Shown here: positions 46,918-55,465 of the stretch, piece after piece
Layout of the letters: each line of letters opens with the position of its first letter
Position numbering within the stretch: the first letter of the stretch is position 1
NCBI RefSeq assembly: GCF_964252615.1
Contig: NZ_CAXUNQ010000018.1
Coordinates: 15,528-79,527, forward strand
Source: an uncultured Bradyrhizobium sp.
GTDB taxonomy: Bacteria > Pseudomonadota > Alphaproteobacteria > Rhizobiales > Xanthobacteraceae
DNA: 64,000 nucleotides
Reading direction: 5' to 3'
Notes under the pieces: generated by a model
What the model saw: only the letters and a program-made list of their open reading frames with translations
What the model was told of the DNA's origin: nothing
Database searches by the model: none
Position numbers and translations under genes: made by a program

Positions 46918-47683
46918 GCTGAAACTCGCGCTCGGCGTCGATCGCCTCCTCGCGAATCAGCGACCACAGCTCGCTCTGCAACGCCAGCAGCCGGCTGCGG
47001 GCATTGCTGTCCCCACGTTCGCCGCGGGTGAGGGGAATGGACACGACCTCGCGGACGCGTCCCGGCCGCCGCGACAGCACCACGATGCGGTCGGCGAGGC
47101 GGACCGCCTCCTCCAGATTGTGGGTCACGTAAGCAGCGCCCATAGCGCCGTCGGCGAGCAAACCGATAAAATCTTCCATCAGCAGTTCGCGGGTCTGCGA
47201 ATCCAGCGCCGACAGCGGTTCGTCCATCAGCAGGATCGCCGGCCGCACCGCGAGCGCGCGCGCGATGCCGACGCGCTGGCGCATGCCGCCTGAAAGCTGT
47301 TTCGGATAAGCGCCGCGAAAATCGGAGAGGCCGGTTCGGCGCAGCGCATCGCCGACCGTCGCGCCGCGCTCGGCGGCGGACAGTCCGGTGTGCAGCAGAA
47401 CGAAGTCGACATTCTCCCCGACCGTGCACCACGGCAACAACGCGAAATCCTGGAACACGAATGTCAGCGGATTGAGGCTGCCGGACGGCGGCGCGCCGCG
47501 CAGCACGGCTTGTCCGGAACCTGGCTGCAGCAGCCCGCCGAGAATCGACAGCAGCGTGCTCTTGCCGCATCCGGAGGGACCGACGATCCCCACCACTTCA
47601 CCGGAGCCGACCGTGAACGACACATCGTCAAGCACCTCGAGCGCGCCGAAGCGGTGACTGATATGGTCCGCGATCAGATCCAT
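46910..47683 (-). CDS. ABC transporter ATP-binding protein (NitT/TauT type)
   Basis: 257 aa. Walker A GPSGCGKST, signature LSGGMRQRV, Walker B LLMDEP. Confidence 0.92.
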   Translation of the reverse strand: MDLIADHISHRFGALEVLDDVSFTVGSGEVVGIVGPSGCGKSTLLSILGGLLQPGSGQAVLRGAPPSGSLNPLTFVFQDFALLPWCTVGENVDFVLLHTGLSAAERGATVGDALRRTGLSDFRGAYPKQLSGGMRQRVGIARALAVRPAILLMDEPLSALDSQTRELLMEDFIGLLADGAMGAAYVTHNLEEAVRLADRIVVLSRRPGRVREVVSIPLTRGERGDSNARSRLLALQSELWSLIREEAIDAEREFQHA

Positions 47684-47690
47684 GGATGGT

Positions 47691-48716
47691 TCAATCCGGC
47701 TTCACATATTCGGCCGCAATGATCGCGCCGGCATCAAATCCCTTGTCGACGAATCCCTGTTCCTGCAGCCAGGCGATCTGGTTGCCGACGTTGTTGACGT
47801 CGAGCTTGCCGTCGGGGTCGATATAGGCGCAGTTGCCGACCACCTGCTCCACCGGCAGGTTGGTGTATTTCGCGATGATTTCCAGCAGCGGCTTCGTGGC
47901 ATCGTTGATCGGCACCTTGCCGCCGGCGACCGCAGCCAGGATCACATCGTGATATTCGCGGTCGGCGCGCGCCAGCGCGCCCAGGAAGCTGGTGACCAGC
48001 GGCCTGTCCGCGAGCGTCTTCGGCGCCGCGAATACCGCGCCGAGTTGCCACGGCGTCTCGTCGCCGACCCAGCCCAGCAGCTTCGCGCCGTCATCGTCCA
48101 TCAGCGTGCGCGCGGTGGAAACCGGCAGCAGCGCCGCATCCACGGTCTCGCCCTTCAGCGCCGCCGCGGCGTTCGAGAGCGATTGCAGCGGCAGCACCTT
48201 CATGTCGCTCAGCTTGAACCCGTATTTGTCGGCGAGCAGGCCGAGCGAATAATGAAAACTCGAGCCGACCTGGGTGACTGCGATGCGCTTGCCGGCGAGA
48301 TCCTTCGGCGTCTTCAGCCCGGCGGCGTAAGCGGACCTGCTGGCGAAATAGCCGATCAGCGGATAGCCGGCCTTCTCGCGGCTCATGCCGCCGATGACTT
48401 TCAGCGTGCCTTTGCCCGCCAGATTGTAAAGTCCGGCGGTGAAGGCGGTGACGCCGAAATCGACATCGCCGGACGTGACTGCGACCGCGATCGGCTGCGC
48501 GGCGTCGAAGAATTTCAGCTCCACCTCGATGCCGGCCTGCTTGAAGTAGCCCTTGTCCTGCGCAATGAACACCGGTGCCGACGACGACAGCCGCAGCACC
48601 CCGACCTTTGCTTTCGCCGCGGTTTGAGCGCCGGCGTAATCCAGCGACACCGTCACCGCAACGCCCACCAGCATCGATGCGGCAAGGTTGCGAACGGTCT
48701 TGGCGATCGGCGTCAT
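47691..48716 (-). CDS. ABC transporter substrate-binding protein (NMT1/SsuA-like)
   Basis: ATG 48716 follows GGAGAGG. Has a signal peptide, then KVGVLRLSSSAPVFIAQDKGYFKQAGIEVELKFFDAAQP. Confidence 0.85.
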   Translation of the reverse strand: MTPIAKTVRNLAASMLVGVAVTVSLDYAGAQTAAKAKVGVLRLSSSAPVFIAQDKGYFKQAGIEVELKFFDAAQPIAVAVTSGDVDFGVTAFTAGLYNLAGKGTLKVIGGMSREKAGYPLIGYFASRSAYAAGLKTPKDLAGKRIAVTQVGSSFHYSLGLLADKYGFKLSDMKVLPLQSLSNAAAALKGETVDAALLPVSTARTLMDDDGAKLLGWVGDETPWQLGAVFAAPKTLADRPLVTSFLGALARADREYHDVILAAVAGGKVPINDATKPLLEIIAKYTNLPVEQVVGNCAYIDPDGKLDVNNVGNQIAWLQEQGFVDKGFDAGAIIAAEYVKPD

Positions 48717-48823
48717 GAATATTGGTCCTCTCCAGCGGGTGCGTTGTAACGCACTCCTGTCACAAAATCGCCCCGTCATTGCAGGATCGCGCGACGGCGC
48801 GCCCTGCAATGACCCAGGCAGGA

Positions 48824-50188
48824 TCACAGGCCTTCCGGAACTTGCTGATCCTGTCCGATAAAGGCTCCCTGTTGTTTCAACTGCGTTTGCAGTCTGTCAA
48901 CGGCGATATCGCGCGGAATCGTATTGCCGGACAGCGCCAGCGCCGCGGCGGTTCCGGCGGCTTCGCCCATCGCAAAGCACGCCCCGGACACCCGCGCCGC
49001 CGACTGGCCGTCATGGGTCATCGAGGCGCAGCGTCCGGCCACCAGCAGATTGTCGATACCCGCCGGCGTTAACATGCGATAGGGCAGCTCGTTGAAGCCG
49101 CGCGATTCCGGGATCGGCGGGAATTTGAAGATCACGTCGCCCGCGACATGTTGCTCCATCGGCCAGCCATTGACGCCGATCGAGTCCGCGAACGAGGCGC
49201 AGCCGAGCACGTCCTCGCCGCTGAGCATGATGCCGCCGGTCACCCGCCTTGTCTCGCGGATGCCGAGCTGCGGGGGCAGGTCGACGATGTAGGATTGTTC
49301 GAACCCCGGCACCGTGCGCAGGAAATTGAACGCATCGACCGCCTGGCGGCGGCCCTCGATCTCGCCGCGGGTGAGATCGTCCGGCTCCAGCCCGTTGATC
49401 GCGGTGCCGTCGCCGCGCGCAAGCTGGGTGAAGTTTACCCGCCACTCGATCCGGGCGCGCTGCGGCCGCACGATCGCCGCCTTGCGCGGAAAGCGATGGG
49501 TGCCGGCGGCCTCGGCCGCTTCCATCAGTTGAGGGATCGTCCGCCACGCCTCGCCGGCCTTGTCCGGATCGATGCCGTTGAGGCGAAACATCATCGACGG
49601 ATAGAGCATGCTTCCCTTGTTGTCGCCGACCTCGAAGTGCGCGCCGGCCCACGCGGCCAGATCGCCGTCGCCGGAGCAATCGATGAAGGTGGCGGCACGC
49701 ACCGCCTGCCGCCCGGCCTTGGTTTCGATCATCAGTGCGTCGATGCGGCGCTCGTCCCGCATCACCGCGCCGGCGCCGAGCGCGTGGAACAGGATGGCGA
49801 CCCCGTGAGTCCCAAGCAGATCGTCGGCGGCGATCTTGTAGGCCGCCGTATCGTAGGCCTGCGCCAGGATTTTACCGAGGATGAGATGCGGTGCATTGAG
49901 ACCGCCTAAGCCGTCGATGCGCGCCAGCAAGTCGGAAGCGATGCCCCGGACCACGCGGCGCATTTCGCCATACACATTGGCATGCAGCCCGCAGAAATTG
50001 GTCACGCCGGCCGCCGTGCCCATGCCGCCGAGAAAGCCGTACCGCTCGATCAGCAACGTGCGGCATCCGGCCCGCGCGGACGCTACCGCCGCGGCGATGC
50101 CCGCCGGCCCGCCGCCGAGCACGGCGACGTCGTATTCGCCGTAGAGCGGGATCTGGCGCGCGGGTTCGGAGACGGTGCGAGAGGACAA
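48824..50188 (-). CDS. FAD-dependent oxidoreductase (FAD_oxidored/PF12831-like)
   Basis: 454 aa. Motifs: YDVAVLGGGPAGIAAAVASARAGCRTLLIERYGFLGGMGT and ..AGRCASMTHDGQSAARVSGACFAMGEAAG. Confidence 0.8.
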   Translation of the reverse strand: MSSRTVSEPARQIPLYGEYDVAVLGGGPAGIAAAVASARAGCRTLLIERYGFLGGMGTAAGVTNFCGLHANVYGEMRRVVRGIASDLLARIDGLGGLNAPHLILGKILAQAYDTAAYKIAADDLLGTHGVAILFHALGAGAVMRDERRIDALMIETKAGRQAVRAATFIDCSGDGDLAAWAGAHFEVGDNKGSMLYPSMMFRLNGIDPDKAGEAWRTIPQLMEAAEAAGTHRFPRKAAIVRPQRARIEWRVNFTQLARGDGTAINGLEPDDLTRGEIEGRRQAVDAFNFLRTVPGFEQSYIVDLPPQLGIRETRRVTGGIMLSGEDVLGCASFADSIGVNGWPMEQHVAGDVIFKFPPIPESRGFNELPYRMLTPAGIDNLLVAGRCASMTHDGQSAARVSGACFAMGEAAGTAAALALSGNTIPRDIAVDRLQTQLKQQGAFIGQDQQVPEGL

Positions 50189-50338
50189 GCTGGGGTTCCT
50201 GCGGTAGGTGCGTGATCATGGCGCAAGCGCGAATTTTTAGCTATCTCGTCGGTACAGCCTGACGCGGTGCTCGGTATCGGCCCCGGCTCTGCAGCACACC
50301 GCGCCATAAGCGGCGCGCCGAGCCGGGGGCCCGTCACA

Positions 50339-50448
50339 GCGTCATGCGCGGGCTTGACCCGCGCATCCATCCATCTCCACAGGAATCTTTTTGCAGAGAC
50401 GGCCTTCTTGAAAGGATGGATACGCCGGTCAAGCCCGCGTATGACGTG
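50339..50448. repeat. REP-like element, family B inverted pair
   Basis: GCGTCATGCGCGGGCTTGACCCGCGCATCCATCC ... AGGATGGATACGCCGGTCAAGCCCGCGTATGACGTG. Confidence 0.75.
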
Positions 50449-50486
50449 GTGACACGCGGTCCCTATCGGGCCATCAGGATCACCCC

Positions 50487-51467
50487 ATGCGAATCTGCAT
50501 CTTCGGCGCGGGCGCGGTCGGCAGCCATCTTGCCGTCCGGCTCGCGCTGGCCGGACACGAGGTGTCCTGCGTGATGCGCGGGCCGCATCTTGCGGCGGTG
50601 AAGGCCGATGGCCTGACGCTGCGCGTCGGCGGGGAAGAATTTTCAGCGCGGGTTAACGCATCCGACGATCCCGCAACGTTAGGTTTGCAGGATTTTGTCG
50701 TCAGCACGCTGAAGGCGACCGGGCTGGGCAGCCTTGTCGCCGGCCTGCCGCCGTTGCTGCGCGACGACACGGCCATTGTATTTGCGCAGAACGGCATCCC
50801 GTGGTGGTACGATATCGGGCTGCCGTCCGATCATCCGCCGGCTCCCGACCTCGCGTTTCTCGATCCCGGCGGCCGGTTGCGGGCGGTGATCGCCAGGCAG
50901 CGCATCGTCGGCGGCGTGATCTTTTCGGCGAATGAGATCGCCGCGCCGGGAATTGTCGTCAATAACTCCACCGATCGAAACATGCTGCTGGTCGGCGAAT
51001 GCGATGACCGCGCCAGCGAGCGGATCGAGCGGCTTCGCGCGGCGCTCGTCGAGGCTTCGATTCTATCGCCGCCGGAACCGCGGATCCGGGACGCGATCTG
51101 GACCAAGCTGATCGGCAACATGTCGGTCTCGGTGTTGTGTCTGCTCACCGGGCAGACGGTCAAGGCGGCCGTTCAGGACCCGGCACTGCGCGATATCGTG
51201 CCGCGCCTGCTCGAAGAGGCGCAGGCGATCGGACGCAGTTGCTACCCCGACACCAGGCGCAACACCCGGGGCGGCGCGCCGGCCGATCACAAGCCGTCGC
51301 TGCTGCAGGACTACGAGCGCGGCCGGACGATGGAAATCGATGCGCTGGCGCGGGCGCCCGCCGCCTTTGCCAGGATGGCCGGACTGTCGACCCCGATGCT
51401 CGACCTGCTGACGGCCCTCGCGATCCGCCAGGCGCGCGACAAGGGGCTGTATCGGGAGCCGGCATAA
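50487..51467 (+). CDS. 2-dehydropantoate 2-reductase (PanE/ApbA) family oxidoreductase, second paralogue
   Basis: 326 aa. Motifs: MRICIFGAGAVGSHLAVRLALAGHEV and PSLLQDYERGRTMEIDAL. Confidence 0.85.
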   Translation: MRICIFGAGAVGSHLAVRLALAGHEVSCVMRGPHLAAVKADGLTLRVGGEEFSARVNASDDPATLGLQDFVVSTLKATGLGSLVAGLPPLLRDDTAIVFAQNGIPWWYDIGLPSDHPPAPDLAFLDPGGRLRAVIARQRIVGGVIFSANEIAAPGIVVNNSTDRNMLLVGECDDRASERIERLRAALVEASILSPPEPRIRDAIWTKLIGNMSVSVLCLLTGQTVKAAVQDPALRDIVPRLLEEAQAIGRSCYPDTRRNTRGGAPADHKPSLLQDYERGRTMEIDALARAPAAFARMAGLSTPMLDLLTALAIRQARDKGLYREPA

Positions 51468-51470
51468 GGG

Positions 51471-51880
51471 GTCATTGCCGGGCTCGTCAACCGCGGGCTT
51501 GACCCGCGTATCCATCGCTCTTCGCAAGAGTCGTTTCCAAGCATGATGGATTGCCGGGTCAAGCCCGGCCATGACGACCTCCCCGTGTCCCGGGCGCGAT
51601 GCGGCATTCTTCATGCCGCTTCGCGAAACCGGGACCCCGGTTTCTTGCAGCCGCAACAACCGGGACCCGGGTTTCCTGGCGTCGCAAGCAACCGGGACCC
51701 CGGCTCAGCAGCGCACCGCTCCGCAAGGCTGCGCGCTGCGCTGCGTCCGGGGAACGCACCTCCCGTGTCGGGCGGATATCGCAAGACGCCGCGTCAACCG
51801 CGGGCCTGATCCGGCAATCCATCATCTTGAAAAACTCTTCTGAAAGGGAATGGAGACAGGGGTCAGGCCCGCGCATGACG
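51471..51880. repeat. composite REP cluster (four family B cores flanking an expanded family D element)
   Basis: Family B cores lie near 51485-51515, 51543-51580, 51790-51830 and 51850-51880. 51556-51770 is the reverse complement of 20441-20582, with extra AACCGGGACCCGG units. Confidence 0.75.
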
Positions 51881-51894
51881 CAAAATCTGCGCTC

Positions 51895-52896
51895 CTACAC
51901 CTTCACCATCCGCTTGCCGCGGTTGTCTCCCGCCAGCAGTCCGATCAGCGCTTGCGGCGTATTCTCCAGTCCCTCGATGACGTCTTCCTGCACTTTCAGC
52001 TTGCCGGATTCGACCCAGGCCTGCAGCTCGGCAAGCGCGCGATCGCGCTGGTCCATGAAGTCCATCACGATGAAGCCTTGCATGATCAGCCGTTTCACCA
52101 CGATCAGGCCGGGCACGCCGCGCGGTCCGGTCGCGGAGGGCGCGCCGTCATACTGCGAAATCGCGCCGCAGCAGGCGATGCGGCCGCGGTTATTCATTTG
52201 CGCGAGGCAGGCTTCCAGGATGTCGCCGCCGACATTGTCGAAATAAACGTCAATGCCTTTCGGCGCCGCGGCCTTCAGCGCCTTGAACGTCGCGCCATCC
52301 TTGTAGTCGACCGCGGCATCGAAGCCGAGTTCGGATGTCAGCCAGTGGCACTTGTCCTTGCCGCCGGCGATGCCGACCACGCGGCAGCCCTTGATTTTAG
52401 CGATCTGGCCGACGATCGATCCGACCGAGCCGGCCGCCGCGGAGACCACGACGGTCTCGCCGGCCTTTGGCTTGCCGACATCGAGCAGCCCGAAATAGGC
52501 GGTGAGCCCGGCGATGCCATACACGCTGAGCAGATGCGTCATCGGCTCGATGCGCGGCATCCTGCTCAACTGCTTTGCCGGTACCGCGGCATAGTCCTGC
52601 CAGCCGGTGTCGCCGAACACGATGTCGCCCGCGGTCAAACCCGGCGCTTTCGACGACACCACCTCGGCGATACCGCCGCCCGCCATCACCGTGTTGGCCT
52701 CGACCGCCGCGCGGTAGGTGGCGCCATGCATCCAGGCGCGGTTGGCGGCGTCCAGCGAAATATAGCGCACCCGGAGCAGCGCTTCGCCATCCCTCGGTTC
52801 GGGGATATTGCCGTCCGACATCCTGAAATGTTCGGGGCCGAGTTTTCCCGTGGGCTTCTCGACCAGCAGGATCTGGCGGTTGACGCTGTCGTTCAT
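51895..52896 (-). CDS. NADP-dependent oxidoreductase (MDR superfamily, YncB/alkenal-reductase-like)
   Basis: ATG 52896 follows GGGAGGG. Motifs: ..LLRVRYISLDAANR.. and VVSAAAGSVGSIVGQIAKIKGCRVVGIAG. Confidence 0.85.
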   Translation of the reverse strand: MNDSVNRQILLVEKPTGKLGPEHFRMSDGNIPEPRDGEALLRVRYISLDAANRAWMHGATYRAAVEANTVMAGGGIAEVVSSKAPGLTAGDIVFGDTGWQDYAAVPAKQLSRMPRIEPMTHLLSVYGIAGLTAYFGLLDVGKPKAGETVVVSAAAGSVGSIVGQIAKIKGCRVVGIAGGKDKCHWLTSELGFDAAVDYKDGATFKALKAAAPKGIDVYFDNVGGDILEACLAQMNNRGRIACCGAISQYDGAPSATGPRGVPGLIVVKRLIMQGFIVMDFMDQRDRALAELQAWVESGKLKVQEDVIEGLENTPQALIGLLAGDNRGKRMVKV

Positions 52897-53156
52897 GGCG
52901 TGCCCTCCCTTATTGTGGTGCGACGCTAGTCCGTGGGGGTTCACCGCACAACGGGAACATTGCTTGCCGCTGCATCCTTCACCGCCGTCATCCTTCGTTC
53001 AAGATGCCGCGCAAGGCGCGGCTTCACAGGATGACGATCGTGCACGGGACTGGCATGCCAGTGAACAGGAACGCGTTTGACGATGCCATGAAGCTTGTTG
53101 CGCCTGCGTCAAAATGTGCCACACTCCTAATGCCGGAAACATGGGGGTTCGAAAAT

Positions 53157-54428
53157 ATGTCCAACAGGTTTACGCAATACATCCTGATCGCAATGGCCCT
53201 CGGCATTGTGATGGGGACGCTGGTCTTCAACTATCTTCCCGACCAGCGGGTGGAAATCGCGGCTGACGTAAACCTGGTCGCCATGCTGTTCCTGCGCCTG
53301 ATCAAGATGATCATCGCGCCTCTGGTGTTCGCAACCCTGGTCGGCGGCATCGCCCATATGGGCAGCGGCGCCAAGCTCGGGCGAATTTTCGCAAAAACCA
53401 TGGGATGGTTCGTCAGCGCGTCGTTCATTTCGCTGCTGCTCGGCCTGATCATGGTCAACCTGCTGCAGCCCGGTGCAAATTTTCCCGGCACGCTGCCCGC
53501 GGCGGGCCAGTCGACCGGCCTGCCGGTATCGGCGTTCTCAATCGAAAAATTCCTGACCCATTTGATTCCGACCTCGATCGCGGACGCGATGGCGCAGAAC
53601 GAAATCCTGCAGATCGTGATCTTCGCGGTGTTCTTTTCGGTCGCCATGGGCGCGATGCCGGAGCGCTCCAAGCCGATGCTGTCGCTGATCGACGACCTCG
53701 GCCATATCATGCTGAAAGTCACCGGTTACGTGATGCTGTTCGCGCCGCTCGCGGTATGGGCGGCGATCATGGCGACGGTGTCGAAGAACGGCCTTGGCGT
53801 GCTGTGGAAGCTGATCCAGTTCATGGGCGGTTTCTATTTGTCGCTGATGATTCTGTGGGCGATCCTGGTCGTCGTCGGCTTCATCGTCATCGGGCCCCGA
53901 TATAGTCATCTGCTGCGGCTGATCCGCGAACCGCTGATGATCGCGTTCTCGACCGCAAGCTCGGAAGCGGCGTATCCCAAGACGCTGGAGGGCTTGAACC
54001 GGTTCGGCGCGTCGTCGCGGATTTCCAGTTTCGTGCTGCCGCTGGGTTATTCGTTCAATCTTGACGGCACCATGATGTATTGTACGTTCGCGAGCATCTT
54101 CATCGCGCAGACCTATCAGATACCGATGTCGCTCGGCACCCAACTGGCGATGCTGGCGACCCTGATGATCACCTCCAAGGGCGTCGCTGGCGTACCCCGC
54201 GCATCCCTGGTGGTGATCGCCTCGACGCTGAGCCAGTTCGGCATTCCCGAGGCCGGGCTGTTGATGATCATGGGCATCGATACCTTCCTCGACATGGGGC
54301 GCAGCGCCACCAACGTGATCGGCAACTCGCTCGCCACCGCGGTGGTGGCGAAATGGGAAGGCGAACTTGCGCCCGTAGATGCGTCCGGACCTGACGAGGA
54401 ACTGGTCCCTGCGAGCGTTCCGGCTTAG
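53157..54428 (+). CDS. dicarboxylate/amino acid:cation symporter (DAACS family, DctA/GltP-like)
   Basis: Starts at ATG 53157. Motifs: ..FLRLIKMIIAPLVFATLVGGIA.., SSEAAYP, ..ITSKGVAGVPRASLVVIA... Confidence 0.9.
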   Translation: MSNRFTQYILIAMALGIVMGTLVFNYLPDQRVEIAADVNLVAMLFLRLIKMIIAPLVFATLVGGIAHMGSGAKLGRIFAKTMGWFVSASFISLLLGLIMVNLLQPGANFPGTLPAAGQSTGLPVSAFSIEKFLTHLIPTSIADAMAQNEILQIVIFAVFFSVAMGAMPERSKPMLSLIDDLGHIMLKVTGYVMLFAPLAVWAAIMATVSKNGLGVLWKLIQFMGGFYLSLMILWAILVVVGFIVIGPRYSHLLRLIREPLMIAFSTASSEAAYPKTLEGLNRFGASSRISSFVLPLGYSFNLDGTMMYCTFASIFIAQTYQIPMSLGTQLAMLATLMITSKGVAGVPRASLVVIASTLSQFGIPEAGLLMIMGIDTFLDMGRSATNVIGNSLATAVVAKWEGELAPVDASGPDEELVPASVPA

Positions 54429-54440
54429 GAGGCGAGAGCC

Positions 54441-55364
54441 ATGCGCCACCCTCTGAAGGGATGCACGCAGGCGGCAGGCCTGCTGCTCGCGGGGCTTGTG
54501 CTGACGGCGGCGGCGTCGGCCCAGACCGGTGAAGGGCTGAGCCCGACGCTCGCCGCCATCAAGCAGAGTCACGTGGTGCGGCTCGGCTACCGCGAAAGCT
54601 CGCCGCCGTTTTCGTTCATGGACCCGTCGAGCCGGCCGATCGGTTACAGCCTCGAATTGTGCGAGGCCATTGTCGACGAGATCGGCATCGAAGTCGACGA
54701 TGCCAGTTTGCGGATCGACTATGTCAAGGTCACCTCCGATGACCGCATTCAGGCGGTGCTGCAGAACAAGATCGATCTCGAATGCGGATCGACCACGGCG
54801 AACGCGGAGCGGGCCAGGCAGGTGGCGTTCTCGCCGCTGATGTTCGTGGCCGGCACCAAGCTGATGGTGCCGAAAGCGTCCGCCATCTCGGCGCCGAAAG
54901 ATCTGCAAGGCAAGACCGTGGTGGTCACCAAGGGCACCACCAACGAGCAGGCGATGCATGGCGTCGACAAGAAGTTTTCGTTGTCGCTCAACGTCGTCGC
55001 GTCGCCCGACCACGAGCAGTCCTACCAGATGCTGGTGGACGGCAAGGCCGATGCATTCGCCACCGACGACATCCTGCTCTATGGCCTGATCGCGCGCCAC
55101 AAGGCGCAGGACAAGTATAAGGTCGTCGGCGATTATCTGTCCTACGATCCCTACGGGATCATGTTCCGCAAGGGCGAACCGCAACTGAGCGCGGTGGTGG
55201 AGCGGGCGTTCCGCAAGCTCGGCTCCAACCGCGATTTGATTCCGCTCTATAACAAATGGTTCGTCGCACGGCTGCCGACCGGCGAGAAGCTCAACGTCGC
55301 AATCTCGCCGCAGCTCGAGGAAGCCTTCAAGGTGCTGGACGATTCGCCCGGCGCGAATAATTAG
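54441..55364 (+). CDS. glutamate/aspartate-type periplasmic binding protein (GltI-like, ABC-type SBP; orphan)
   Basis: 307 aa with a signal peptide. Motifs: VRLGYRESSPPFSF, IDLECGSTTANAERARQVAFSP, VVVTKGTTNE, AFATDDILLYG and YNKWF parallel E. coli GltI. Lies 12 nt after the symporter gene. Confidence 0.85.
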   Translation: MRHPLKGCTQAAGLLLAGLVLTAAASAQTGEGLSPTLAAIKQSHVVRLGYRESSPPFSFMDPSSRPIGYSLELCEAIVDEIGIEVDDASLRIDYVKVTSDDRIQAVLQNKIDLECGSTTANAERARQVAFSPLMFVAGTKLMVPKASAISAPKDLQGKTVVVTKGTTNEQAMHGVDKKFSLSLNVVASPDHEQSYQMLVDGKADAFATDDILLYGLIARHKAQDKYKVVGDYLSYDPYGIMFRKGEPQLSAVVERAFRKLGSNRDLIPLYNKWFVARLPTGEKLNVAISPQLEEAFKVLDDSPGANN

Positions 55365-55370
55365 CCGTCC

Positions 55371-55463
55371 TTCCGGGATGCGCCGCTTGGCGAAGGCTGG
55401 AATCCATAATTGCGATGCGTTGTCATGGATTCCGGGTTCGCGCTTTCCGCCCCCGGAATGACG
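55371..55463. repeat. REP/MITE-like element, family A
   Basis: TTCCGGGATGCGCC..GGAATCCAT..ATGGATTCC..CCCCGGAATGACG. Ends 2 nt before the stop of the FolC-like gene. Confidence 0.7.
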
Positions 55464-55465
55464 AC

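Noticed and set aside
51599-52246. ORFs inside the repeat clusters (for example 51599..52246, 20531..20797, 50344..50574 and 29637..30158) that encode ..MDxRVKPAHDE.. or ..RCGILHAASxNRDPG.. peptides.
   Set aside because: They are translations of REP-like DNA repeated in both orientations in intergenic regions, or they run antisense to real genes. They have no SD sequence and no coding-like composition.
52945-53156. Sigma54 (-24/-12) promoter upstream of the DctA-like symporter, as in rhizobial dctA.
   Set aside because: TGGCATGCCAGTGA superficially resembles the -24 element, but there is no GC at the required -12 spacing, and no dctBD genes lie nearby.
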